Source: a virus. Taken from it: a stretch of 64,000 bases of DNA. The stretch's first letter is position 1, and every line of letters begins with the position of its first letter. The notes beneath the pieces were generated by a model. The model saw nothing but the letters and a program-made list of their open reading frames with translations, was not told the origin of the DNA and did no database searches. Location: IMG/VR virus record IMGVR_UViG_3300002307_000001, positions 61,269-125,268 of that record. One strand, written 5' to 3'. This document shows, piece after piece, positions 52,066 through 62,059 of this stretch. The translations under genes were made by a program, and so were the position numbers.

Positions 52066-52223
52066 TCCTACACCTGCAGTTACATAATACATCATTCATT
52101 CATTTCACTAATATAGCAAGTTAACCAATATGTACAAAACAATCAAAGTACTACTATTCATTACAGCTGTGTGTTATATAGCTGGATGTATTCAATCAAT
52201 GTAAATACTGTAAATTAAACAAA

Positions 52224-52436
52224 ATGGATAATACACAAGCATTTCCGGCAACAGATGAAGGAAAAATGACATCAACATATCATCCAGGTATGCTACTTAT
52301 AGACTATATGGCAGCTAAAGTACTACAAGGTATGATGGCTAATCCTAATAAAGCAGGTAACTGGTCAGATAGAGCAGCAGAAAGTTATAAGATCGCAGCT
52401 GCTATGTTAGTTGAAAGAGAGAAGTATATTAAGTAA
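52224..52436 (+). CDS. Widespread small phage protein (AFP...GMxLxDYxAAK..QG family)
   Basis: AFP, GMLLIDYMAAKVLQGMMA, SYKIAAAML. Confidence 0.7.
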   Translation: MDNTQAFPATDEGKMTSTYHPGMLLIDYMAAKVLQGMMANPNKAGNWSDRAAESYKIAAAMLVEREKYIK

Positions 52437-52459
52437 TTTCACAAGCTAAAACAACTAAT

Positions 52460-53083
52460 ATGACTAACTGGAGAATATCAAGAAATGTAAGTCTGTGGGA
52501 AAAAAGTTATGAAAATAACAAAGCTCAAGAAAGAATGGATAAAGAAAAAGCAAATTATATTAGCTCATTCTGTGATGATGACGATGATAATGAAAGTTAT
52601 GACCCTCATGAAGAACCTAATGACGATGAAGTTTGGTTAGTATAATTGATATTCCGTTTAATTCTTAACTAATAAAAACTAAATAACATGTCTGAAAACA
52701 ATAAACAATTCCAGCTACCTAAAGAGTTTGCTGATAAATGGTTGAGTGCATTAAGAAGCGGAAAATACCAACAAGGAACAGGTCATTTAAAAGATGATGA
52801 TAGGTATTGTTGCTTGGGAGTAGCTTGTGACATATCTAGTATAAATCTAGACATAGAAAACGGTGGTTTAGCGGGATTTCCTAAACGTTTAGGTTTAACT
52901 GCTAAAAAAATATTACCTGAACTTCTGATTATTGGTCCTGAAAAAGATGAAGAAGGTTATGATTATAATAATAGTGTAGAAACCCAATCAACATTTGTAG
53001 GTAAAGTAGCCAGAATGAATGATGATGGTAAGTCATTCCCGGAAATAGCTGACTATATAGAATCTATCTGTGAGTTTGTGTAA
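52460..53083 (+). CDS. Two hypothetical proteins (52460-52645 and 52688-53083)
   Basis: The second has WLSALRSGKYQQG...CCLGVAC...NDDGKSFPEIADYIE, a common phage family. Confidence 0.6.
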
Positions 53084-53353
53084 AAGAAATTAAATAATTT
53101 TGATAATTATTATTGCAGTGGTTGCAGAAATTAAAACACCTGCCCGGTTGCATAGCCGTAAGTAGCTTAATACAAAAGTGCTGCCGTAATAATCGGTTGT
53201 AGGTGACTATTTGATTAACAAAGGGGATAAAACGCAGTGGTATTTAATCCATAACCCGATGTTTATTCAAATGTGGAACCTTCATTCTTTGGTTGTGAGT
53301 GACTTATTTATCTGGCTTTTGCGTATAATGATAGATAGTGGAACTCTCAAATT

Positions 53354-53478
53354 GATCAAAAGGTGGAAATGATAAACACACCTACGTGGGGTAGGCTAAG
53401 GTAATAAAGGAAATGAGAGATAACTTCAAGTGCACTGTACCGAATAACTTATAGTAGGTTTGATTCCTACTTTGGTCA
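53354..53478 (+). ncRNA. tRNA-like RNA with a 5-nt anticodon loop and a very long variable region
   Basis: GATCAAA/TTTGGTC-A acceptor, GTG/CAC D arm, CCTAC-GTGGG-GTAGG, GTAGG-TTTGATT-CCTAC T arm. Confidence 0.6.
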
Positions 53479-53782
53479 CATTATATTCAGTTAATCTAAA
53501 ACTACAAACAATCATGCAAGAAACTACACAGACACAGCTAAGTAATGAAATGCAAGTAAGTAATCAGGTAGAGAATGTAGGTGCCGGCAATGGTACTAAA
53601 AACAGCTACAATGAGGTAATCAAAGAGATACTCAATAGCTATGGTACACCTGACTGGAAATTTGAATGTTAATAGTACAATAAAAGATAATTCATAGTAG
53701 AATAGTGTTAGATACTTCTGGTTGTTTCTACAATCAAAGAAGTTTATTATATTCGCACTGTGGTAAAGTAAAACAATAAATT

Positions 53783-53968
53783 GGGGGTAACAGGCTATTG
53801 ATTGCAGTTAGCAGGTTGAAAGAGCAAACAAATCGAAGGTTATGAAAAAGGCCTTGCTCGTTTGAAATCTTACAGAAGCTGCTATTTTCCTAACTGGAAG
53901 AACATTGCTACAGAAAAATAATTGATCACATTGAGAGAGCCGGTACAAGTTATCGGCTCTCTTTTTAT
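53783..53968 (+). ncRNA. Candidate structured RNA with a tmRNA-like 5' end and its own terminator
   Basis: GGGGGTAACAGGCTATTGATTG start; CAGTTAG/CTAACTG and GAGCAA/TTGCTC stems; GAGAGCCGGT/ATCGGCTCTC-TTTTT terminator. Confidence 0.4.
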
Positions 53969-53991
53969 TTAACTTACAAAAACATCTCACA

Positions 53992-54255
53992 ATGGGAAAG
54001 TACATAAATGATGACACTAAAGGTAATTCAATAGGAACTACCTATAGAGAAAAGATAAAGAATCTGATCAATGATGGTGCCATATATACAGATGGTAGTT
54101 TCTTTAAACCTGATCTTGTATGTGTAGTTGATAATGGTGCATTTGGTGCTGCAGGGTATTGTGATACACAAGGTGAGTTTGATCAATGGCATTATCCGGA
54201 TAATAGACCACGTACATGGTTAAGTTATCCTCACGCAGAAAAGTTAGCTAAATAA
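53992..54255 (+). CDS. Conserved hypothetical phage protein
   Basis: VCVVDNGAFGAAGY...DNRPRTWL. Confidence 0.6.
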   Translation: MGKYINDDTKGNSIGTTYREKIKNLINDGAIYTDGSFFKPDLVCVVDNGAFGAAGYCDTQGEFDQWHYPDNRPRTWLSYPHAEKLAK

Positions 54256-54347
54256 TAAACTAATAAACTTAATTAATTTATCTTTGCACTCTAGTTAGTT
54301 AGAGTAAAAATGTTTTTATATTTTTAATCAAAACAAAAACAAATAAA

Positions 54348-54632
54348 ATGTTAAAGCAACCAAGTACTGCACAATTAGTAGAAGTTCCTAACGAGGGACT
54401 TATTGCACTTATAGGTCAAGAAGTTCTGATCTTTTGTTTTAATTACTTTTACTATGGTAAATTAGTAGGAGTAAATACAAGCTGTATAAAACTTGAAAAA
54501 GTTTATCAAGTATTTGAAACCGGAACTTTTTCAGATAGTAAGTTTAAAGATGCTCAAAAATTATCCGATGAGTGGTATATACAGTTATCTGCAATAGAAT
54601 CATTTGGTAAATCATTTAAGACAACTTTTTAA
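54348..54632 (+). CDS. Sm/LSm/Hfq-like fold protein
   Basis: LIALIGQEVLIF....YYGKLVGV....IKLE (Sm1-like) and WYIQLSAIESF (Sm2-like); TATCTTTG box at 54279-54286. Confidence 0.65.
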   Translation: MLKQPSTAQLVEVPNEGLIALIGQEVLIFCFNYFYYGKLVGVNTSCIKLEKVYQVFETGTFSDSKFKDAQKLSDEWYIQLSAIESFGKSFKTTF

Positions 54633-54634
54633 TT

Positions 54635-54826
54635 ATGATAACATCTCATTTAAAAAAAATGAATAGGTCAGGGTCAAGGTCATGGTCATGGTCAGGGTCA
54701 GGGTCAAGGTCATGGTCATGGTCAGGGTCAGGGTCAAGGTCAGGGTCATGGTCATGGTCATGGTCATGGTCAAGGTCAAGGTCAGGGTCAGGGTCATGGT
54801 CATGGTCATGGTCAAGGTCAGTATAA
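54635..54826 (+). CDS. Ser-(Arg/Trp/Gly) dipeptide repeat peptide
   Basis: ATG 2 nt after the Sm-like stop; 10 aa leader then (R/W/G)S x26. Confidence 0.55.
   Translation: MITSHLKKMNRSGSRSWSWSGSGSRSWSWSGSGSRSGSWSWSWSWSRSRSGSGSWSWSWSRSV
54665..54820 (+). repeat. Hexanucleotide array (A/G/T)GGTCA x26
   Basis: GGTCA is invariant in all 26 units. Confidence 0.97.
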
Positions 54827-54834
54827 TACATTAC

Positions 54835-54870
54835 ACACTCTAGTTAGGTAACTAGCTAGAGTGTTCTTTT
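54835..54870 (+). terminator. Intrinsic terminator closing the Sm-repeat unit
   Basis: ACACTCTAGTTAG-GTAA-CTAGCTAGAGTGT-TCTTTT. Confidence 0.7.
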
Positions 54871-54875
54871 AAATT

Positions 54876-55268
54876 GGGCCCGTTTTGGAATTGATTTCAA
54901 TGTAAGGGTTATTACACAAGTAGAGGTACATGTATCCTCTTTAATATCATATGAAACAACAAACGTAAAAGTAGAACTTTCTACTTGGACAATCGAAGAT
55001 GCTTTGGCATTTGTAGATGGTGAGTTTGCTACAGCAGCATAATTCATTTCCGGGGGTAAGCATATGTACCTTGCAACAGAAATGCCTACAGAAGTGACAG
55101 GTTAGAGCTTCTTTTAATCAACTCTAAGACCAGGTAGATTGCCAGTATAAGTTCCCACATATACGTAACTGGATATTCGTTAGTGTAGAAATACTAACTA
55201 AACTTGTGATAAAATGTAGTAATTGCTGCAGGGAAAGACGAGGGAATCGAAGCCCTCCGGGTCCACAA
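54876..55268 (+). ncRNA. ssrA: tmRNA
   Basis: GGGCCCG/CGGGTCC-A acceptor with G3:U wobble; TGGAATTGAT D-like loop; pk1 GAGG/CCTC; tag frame 54965-55042 VKVELSTWTIEDALAFVDGEFATAA*; GAC-GAGGG/CCCTC T arm. Confidence 0.9.
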
Positions 55269-55325
55269 TAGCGTATAGTCACACGCTTAGGTTAATGACT
55301 GGACAACCTGGAAAGACAGGTAACT

Positions 55326-55396
55326 AGTTCCATAGTGTAACGGTAGCACAATTCTCTTTGACAGAATTAGATCTTGTTCAAATCAAGATGGAACTG
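55326..55396 (+). tRNA. tRNA-Gln(TTG)
   Basis: AGTTCCA/TGGAACT acceptor, GTGT/GCAC D arm, ATTCT-CTTTGAC-AGAAT anticodon arm, TTCAAAT T loop; CCA not encoded. Confidence 0.88.
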
Positions 55397-55431
55397 CTTA
55401 TAAATTATTACAGCTTATGGTTGTATTCGCC

Positions 55432-55482
55432 ACCTGTAGTGCAATAGAGAAGTGATTCACTCTGTTGCCTACAGGTTTTTTA
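55432..55482 (+). terminator. Terminator after the tmRNA-tRNA unit
   Basis: CCTGTAG-t-GCAATAGAG...CTCTGTTGC-CTACAGG-TTTTTT. Confidence 0.7.
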
Positions 55483-55509
55483 TTGTAAACTAAACTAAAA
55501 CAATCTAAT

Positions 55510-55815
55510 ATGGAGAAGAAATTACCAATAATAGGAATAATAGGACATGTAGATCATGGAAAAAGTACATTAACTGCAGCTATATGTAATGCATTAAAAA
55601 ATACTTATGATGTAATATTAGTAGACAATAAAACACAAACCATAGAGGCTAAAACATTAGAGCAGATAATGACAGAAAGTAAAATAGCAACATTCGAGTG
55701 CAAAAACTACCAAATACCTGACCTCGCTGTAGCTGACTATGCACCTAAATACGAACCAAAGAAACAACAGAACTACAAACCATATAAGAATAAGTTCACT
55801 AAAGGTAAAAGATAA
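55510..55815 (+). CDS. Small protein with an EF-Tu-like G1/P-loop segment only
   Basis: IGIIGHVDHGKSTLTAAI; 101 aa; no DxPG or NKxD motif. Confidence 0.65.
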   Translation: MEKKLPIIGIIGHVDHGKSTLTAAICNALKNTYDVILVDNKTQTIEAKTLEQIMTESKIATFECKNYQIPDLAVADYAPKYEPKKQQNYKPYKNKFTKGKR

Positions 55816-58800
55816 TGATACCAGATACACTAAAAGACAAGACAACTAAACAGATACTAAAATTAATAGACATCTACTTAGATAACTGGTATCCTGCATC
55901 TGTACCTCCAATAAGTAGTAAACCGTTGTTATTGCTATCAAAATATAATCAGAATCTTATAAGATATGCATCCGGATATTATGCAGATGGTAAGTACTAT
56001 GATGATGAAGATCTTGAACTGTTCTATGTAAGCTATTATAAATACTCAGATGCAGATAAGGTATATGAACTGTTAACCAATAAAAAAGATGGAAAAGTAT
56101 CAGACACAGATAGATAATAAACTATACCAGGTAGTAGTAATTAACGGAAATTCATTCAATATACCAGAACCAGCAGCTACTATATTAGCTGAGGCATTCA
56201 TAAAAATACGTAAAGAAGAAAGTAATGAACCTACAGAAACACCAACCACAACAACCGGTAAAGAAGGAGTATAGTAAAGCTAAAGGTATATCAGATAATG
56301 AACTAAAAAAATATGATATCCTGTGGAATACCGAAATTCTACATGGCAAATATCGTGGATTTACACTAAGATATGTAGGTAATAGAGATCCAGACTACTT
56401 CACCTGGTTGCAGAAAGAAGGACTACTGATAACATGGGGGCTGTTAGCTGATAAAGGTCAAAAAGAAGAGCCTAAAAGCACCTATAACAAGTTCTATGCA
56501 TCAGATGGTAGGATATGGGTTGGATTAAGATTGCAAGAGGTAACAACAACTAAAACAACTACAAATGAATAAGAAACTAGCCTACCTGATAGAAGTAATA
56601 CAAGCAGGTGAAACAAGTGAGGAGCAGTTAAAGCCAATTATATTCGAATATATGGCAGATGACAAAGAAATCATCCCAAATATGTTAGAACTGTTAAGCA
56701 GAGAAAGAGAAATAAAAAAAGAAATTATATCAGAAATGGGATTAAATCTAGGTAGAAATACCGGATATATGATGGGAATAATAGCAGATGAAGATACTAA
56801 GAAATTTATGCTAAATGAAACATATGAATTCTATAAAAAGTATGAACAGTATGTAAGAACAACCCCGTTAAAGTTATATCCAGATCTACGATAAAAACAA
56901 CAAACATGAAAATCAACTTCACTAAAAGAGAAGAGTATATAATGAGTATATACAGAACAGAACTGGAAAGTCTGCGATCAAAGATATCTAAGCTAGAACT
57001 AGAAATAGCAATAAATAAGAAAAAAGAATGGAAAACTGGTAAAATAATAAAGAAACATAATCTAACAAATTGCTAAAAAGAAATAATATGTTCAATAGAA
57101 TAATGGTACTACTAGATGTATCGTGGTTAATGCTAATTGCATGGTACATAATCAATAAACACATATTTAATGGACCTACAGCTGTTATAACTGGTTGTAT
57201 AATCTTACAACTGATAGACTACACAACTGAAATCATAATTGATAAAATCAAAGAAAAATGAGCAAGATACTATACAAGATACTACAGGTAAGGGTGTATA
57301 AATGGTTGATTAACTGGAACCAAATAAGGTGTGATAGTTATACATCTGCTAATAAAGAAATGAATAAAAATGAAATTGATCCAAAAGAAAAATTTGCCAA
57401 TAATATATTATGGTTAGAAAAGTATGAAAAGTACATGAATGCAATAGATAGGTTAACTGATAAACTAGAAAATATATGAGTTGTATAAATAGTTATTTCA
57501 TAGAAAAATTATCCAGTGGTATTATACATCTTCTTATAAATACAGAAGAAAAATGGGAAATATATCATAGACACAGTAATGCCTGGTATCTGGTAGGCAA
57601 AGAAAATCTGAAAATAGATGAAAGTTTATTTCAATTTGAAAAAGATGTAAAATATTTATGTACAGAAATGCAGGATACTGATCAGATATCATTCTATTAC
57701 ATACCTTATTCACTTATTTGGGAGAAAGGAGATAAAAATATTATTCACGAATATAAAAATGAAATATGACAACAAATTATAAGTACCCACTAGCTATTAG
57801 TGGAGAAGTAGAAGAACTGAAAGCACTAATACCTAAACTAAAGAAATTAGGGTATAAAACATATGCAATAAGTAATTGGAAACATTGCCCTATATTAGTA
57901 AATAACTATCGAGGAGATTTAGGTTTATTGAGTAACTTAGCAGAATCTGATAAATACGAAAGAAACCGTATATCTGTATCACTAGCAGACCTATCACCTG
58001 AATGTATACTAGCTATAGCTGCAGTTAGAGAAGATGGGGAATATCAACCAGGTGAGTATGTAAGATGGTTAGGTAATAAACCTTGTATAGGTAAAATAGT
58101 AGCTAAAGATGGTTTTGATAACTGTTATGCTTTAGATGTAAATGGAAATTTAAAAAGTTATGATAGCTGCCATAAAGATTATTTAGAGAGACTAAATATG
58201 GAAGAAATCATTAGTTACTTTAAAGGTAAAGAAGCGCATCCAATAGTAAAGAAAGACAATAAAATGGCAGCTGTAGAGTGTATCAAACTACTAATAGAAG
58301 CTAATCAGGTAAGTAAAGAAGAATTATTTCCAGAAAAAGATAAGGAGTATGATCATACCTATTCTAATGTAATTCTGATTACTGAGGATAATCTATCTAT
58401 TACAGATCCTGAACAACTAGTATATGGTATTATAGACAAATGGAATAAGAATGAAAGAAAAGCTAAAAACTGTCAAAAAGGTAAATTATGGTTTAGTACA
58501 GTAGCTGCTCGTGAAGAATATATAATAATAAATAAACCATGTATGAGTTTTTCAGAAATAAAAGAGTGGAAACTAAGCAACAATAACTCATTAGAACATT
58601 TATTATTCAAAGTAAAACAAAAACTTAATGATTCAGCTAAGTAAAGAAGAGTTAGTAATGAAAGATCTACTCAAACGTACATTTTATGTCTTTGAGTTAT
58701 TAAAGATGAATCTGGAGGATATGAGAACTTCGGATACTGTAAAAAGGTTAGCTGCAACTGCAAAAGCAAATAAAGTAAAGTCCTTTATAGATATACGTAA

Positions 58801-59621
58801 AACTGCGGCAGATCTTCAAAGAAGTATGCAATTCTTTCTTCTAGAAATGAAGAAAACTATGAATTCAGAAACTATGAATGCAGTTATAATGCACATGGCA
58901 GGTGATGAAGTAGCTAAGGTAGGAGAGATAATAGACCAGTTGGCTTATATCCATGATGTACAATCACTAGAAGATATCCGGGTAGCAATAGATAAATATT
59001 GGTTCATAGATGGACCAGGCAAGTTAATTAAGTAACATGGAAGTAGAGTTCAAAGTGCATGGCGGTACCCATATAACTAATACCAGCTGGATAGAAGTTG
59101 AATTAAATTCATCAGGTGATGGACTAAGATATAGAATCTGTTGGGGACAAGAAAATCCAATAGTAAAAGAAGCTGAGATACTATATATGGAAAGTAGTGA
59201 AGAAGATGGTGATATAGATGCTTATTTTACTGATACATCTAGTACTATCTGGAAATTAAATGAAATGATGAGAGTAAATTAATTTAACCAAAAACTAAAA
59301 ACAAAAAAAATGAGCAAAATCAACAGCACAATCGAAGTAAAGGATGCATTCTTTGTAACAAGGGATGAGGTAACACAAGTAAGTGCATTTATAATACCAG
59401 AAGCAGGTACTTATGGTACTAGTGATATTATTTACTATCTTACAGAAAAAGGTTGGAAGAAAGCAAGTAATTATGGCAGTTACAAAGAGATTGAATGGAC
59501 AGAAGCAGAAGCAATCAGTCTCCAGAAAGTAAAAATAGTTGATCATATTGCCTACCTGCAGAAATCAACTGAGGAAAATAAAAAGAAGATAGAAGAAATG
59601 CAGAAAGCTCTAGAAAACTAA
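55815..59621 (+). CDS. Run of about 11 small coupled hypothetical genes
   Basis: Overlapping starts and stops; 56225-56572 has a HGKYRG...DPDYFTWL (DUF3820-like) motif. Confidence 0.55.
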
Positions 59622-60075
59622 AATAAATTAACCATTTTACTTGGATATATCATATAGGCTAAGTAACTTTGAGCTACTATAGGGGACCGGGAAGAATCCT
59701 AGAGAGAATAATAATAATTAAGACATATAAGATCAAACCGAGAGTAAATCTCTGAATGCCCTCACTGATAAACCTTCCCGGTCTCTAATCAGATGAGGGT
59801 TTTCTCATTGTAGGGTAGTGCGGAAGCCTAAATGTAGTACGCAGGCATATAGACAGATCCAATGTAATGGTGGCAGAATTGTACCAAATCCTCTTAAATG
59901 CTAACACTCTTTCGAAACTTGTGAGGAGTTAGCAGCCTCAGTCGGCTCCTTTATACGGGCAATTAAAAAATATTAAAATGGTGTAGGAAACAGGTTCAGT
60001 CTGAGTCAGCTGAACTTGACTCCCTCACCTAATCTCACCATTACCAAGCAATATTAGTAACAAAACACAAAAACA

Positions 60076-60822
60076 ATGAACATAAAAAAGAATAAGAGTC
60101 CAGGGTTAAAACCTAAGTTCCCCAAGATACACATAGATAATAGTAAAGATGTGCTACTGGCATTTACAGATGGGGGATGTAATGGTAATGGTAAAGAAGT
60201 AAATAGAGGTGCATATGCATTTTGTATAGTAGAGAAAAATAAGCTACTGTATGACTATAGCCGGGAACAGAATAATACCACTAACAATAAGATGGAGTTA
60301 GAAGCTATTCTCAACTGTTTAACATTTATAGAAGATACTATACCAGACACAACACAGGTGCTGCTGCATAGTGACTCACAGTACGCAATTCATGGAATTT
60401 GTAGCTGGAGACATGGATGGAAAAAGAAACAGTGGTTAGGTGTAAAGAATGTAGAGCAATGGCAAATGATATCTGCATTAGTAGATCGGTTACCAAATGT
60501 ACAGTACAAATGGGTAAAAGCACATCAGGAGGATAATAGCCTGGAAACCAGATGGAATAAGCATGTAGATGCACTGTGTACTAATATATGCGGAGATGAT
60601 CAGGAGTATAAGGTATATACAGATAGAAAAGAGGGTGCTAAAGTAACCAAAAATACATCAAAAGCTAAGAAAACAGCTAAACAACTTATACCAGATGCAA
60701 AGACATTTCTGTTACAAGAGTGGTTCAAGGTTACTCCACAAGATGAGAGGGAACTGTGGTATAAATGCTCAGATTGGGCATCTAGAATAGTTGAAGTAAT
60801 GCAAAAATATAGAGAGTTATGA
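60076..60822 (+). CDS. rnhA: Ribonuclease HI
   Basis: FTDGGC.GNG, TTNNKMEL.A, HSDSQY, WVKAH, N..VD.L. Confidence 0.93.
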   Translation: MNIKKNKSPGLKPKFPKIHIDNSKDVLLAFTDGGCNGNGKEVNRGAYAFCIVEKNKLLYDYSREQNNTTNNKMELEAILNCLTFIEDTIPDTTQVLLHSDSQYAIHGICSWRHGWKKKQWLGVKNVEQWQMISALVDRLPNVQYKWVKAHQEDNSLETRWNKHVDALCTNICGDDQEYKVYTDRKEGAKVTKNTSKAKKTAKQLIPDAKTFLLQEWFKVTPQDERELWYKCSDWASRIVEVMQKYREL

Positions 60823-61580
60823 GAAGACATAAAGGAAAACACTACCTGAGAGTAGAATTCAGCGGATATGGGCATTATAAGGTATATACAGAACATTATG
60901 GAAAAGATATAAACTGTGTAACTACTAATATGTCAAACATAGATGACTATAAAAGTGAAGAAGAGAAAAGATATAATAGAGGTTATAAAGCATTGAGAAA
61001 AGAGTGTATACACAAAAATCAACTAACATGAGAAAGATAATACAAATAATACTAACAGTACTAGCTATCTGTATATTCCTATTACCGGTGTATTGGAGTG
61101 TAACAATCAAACCTAGTTACATGTGGTTAGTGATAGTCAGCTGGTTCCCGGCAATAATAATATTATACAGTGCACAATCAATAGATAAGTAAGAATAATC
61201 AAATAATCTAACAATCAAAAACTACTAAAATGACAAAGACAATCAAATTCTCAGTATTGGTAATGGCAGGAATGACAAACATTGCACCTGCATATGAGCC
61301 TAAACCAAAGCCAAGAAAGTTACCTGAATTCATAGAGAGAACATACATCAGACCTACACCTGAACTAGCCTGGAAAGCATCTGAAAAACGCAAAAACAGC
61401 TTGTTCAATAACGTGATAGAAATACGCAAGAACATAGACCTTAAAGTAAAGAAGATTCAGCTGGATGAAGAAACAACAGTGACAACCAAGAGCAACAGAT
61501 ATTCGCACCTGGTAGTAGAACAACTAGCTGAAAAATTGTTAATGAGGGTTATTGAGGGTAAAAATGTAGTAAATTCGTAA
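60819..61580 (+). CDS. Three small hypothetical genes
   Basis: 60819-61031, about 61028-61192 (two TM helices), 61230-61580. Confidence 0.5.
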
Positions 61581-61591
61581 ACTAACTGACC

Positions 61592-62059
61592 ATGCCAATA
61601 ACAGATAACATGAGGATGCAATCGATACTGTGCTATCCTAATGCACAGGTAAAATGTAACGATATAGTTGGCAAGGTAATAGGTATTAGAATAGATACTG
61701 GCACCATTCGACTAAAGGATGAGATAGATGAAGACTATGTAATACACATATCGAAACTACAAATCCTACTCCGTCCCATATCAAGCCTGACGGATGAAGA
61801 GTGTATAGAACTTATGGCCTGTCACAGATCACAAGTGGGGGATCGGGTTATTATAAACAGTAAAAATTACTCTAACGGTATATTTGCTATTGAATATTAC
61901 TTTGGCGGAATGAACCTCACCTACATAAAGCCTGTTGACCAAATGACAGGAAAGGAGGCCGACTACCTGCGCTCCATCAACATTATAACTACAGTACACG
62001 GGTTTGACCTTGTTAAAGAAGGGATAGCTATTGTTGACGATAAAATAGGGGATATATGA
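61592..62059 (+). CDS. YopX-like hypothetical phage protein
   Basis: ILLRPISSLTDEE, DYLRS, DLVKEGIAI. Confidence 0.5.
   Translation: MPITDNMRMQSILCYPNAQVKCNDIVGKVIGIRIDTGTIRLKDEIDEDYVIHISKLQILLRPISSLTDEECIELMACHRSQVGDRVIINSKNYSNGIFAIEYYFGGMNLTYIKPVDQMTGKEADYLRSINIITTVHGFDLVKEGIAIVDDKIGDI

Noticed and set aside
52224-52436. Named anti-defence sponge protein
   Set aside because: The family pattern is familiar but I cannot support a specific function from sequence alone.
54665-54820. CRISPR array
   Set aside because: 6-bp period with no spacers and no cas genes.
54633-54831. Minus-strand MTMTLT and DHDPDL repeat ORFs
   Set aside because: Shadows of the hexamer array. Only the plus-strand frame fits the promoter, coupling and terminator.
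55510-55815. Functional EF-Tu (tuf)
   Set aside because: Only G1 is present and no continuation was seen in the adjacent ORFs.
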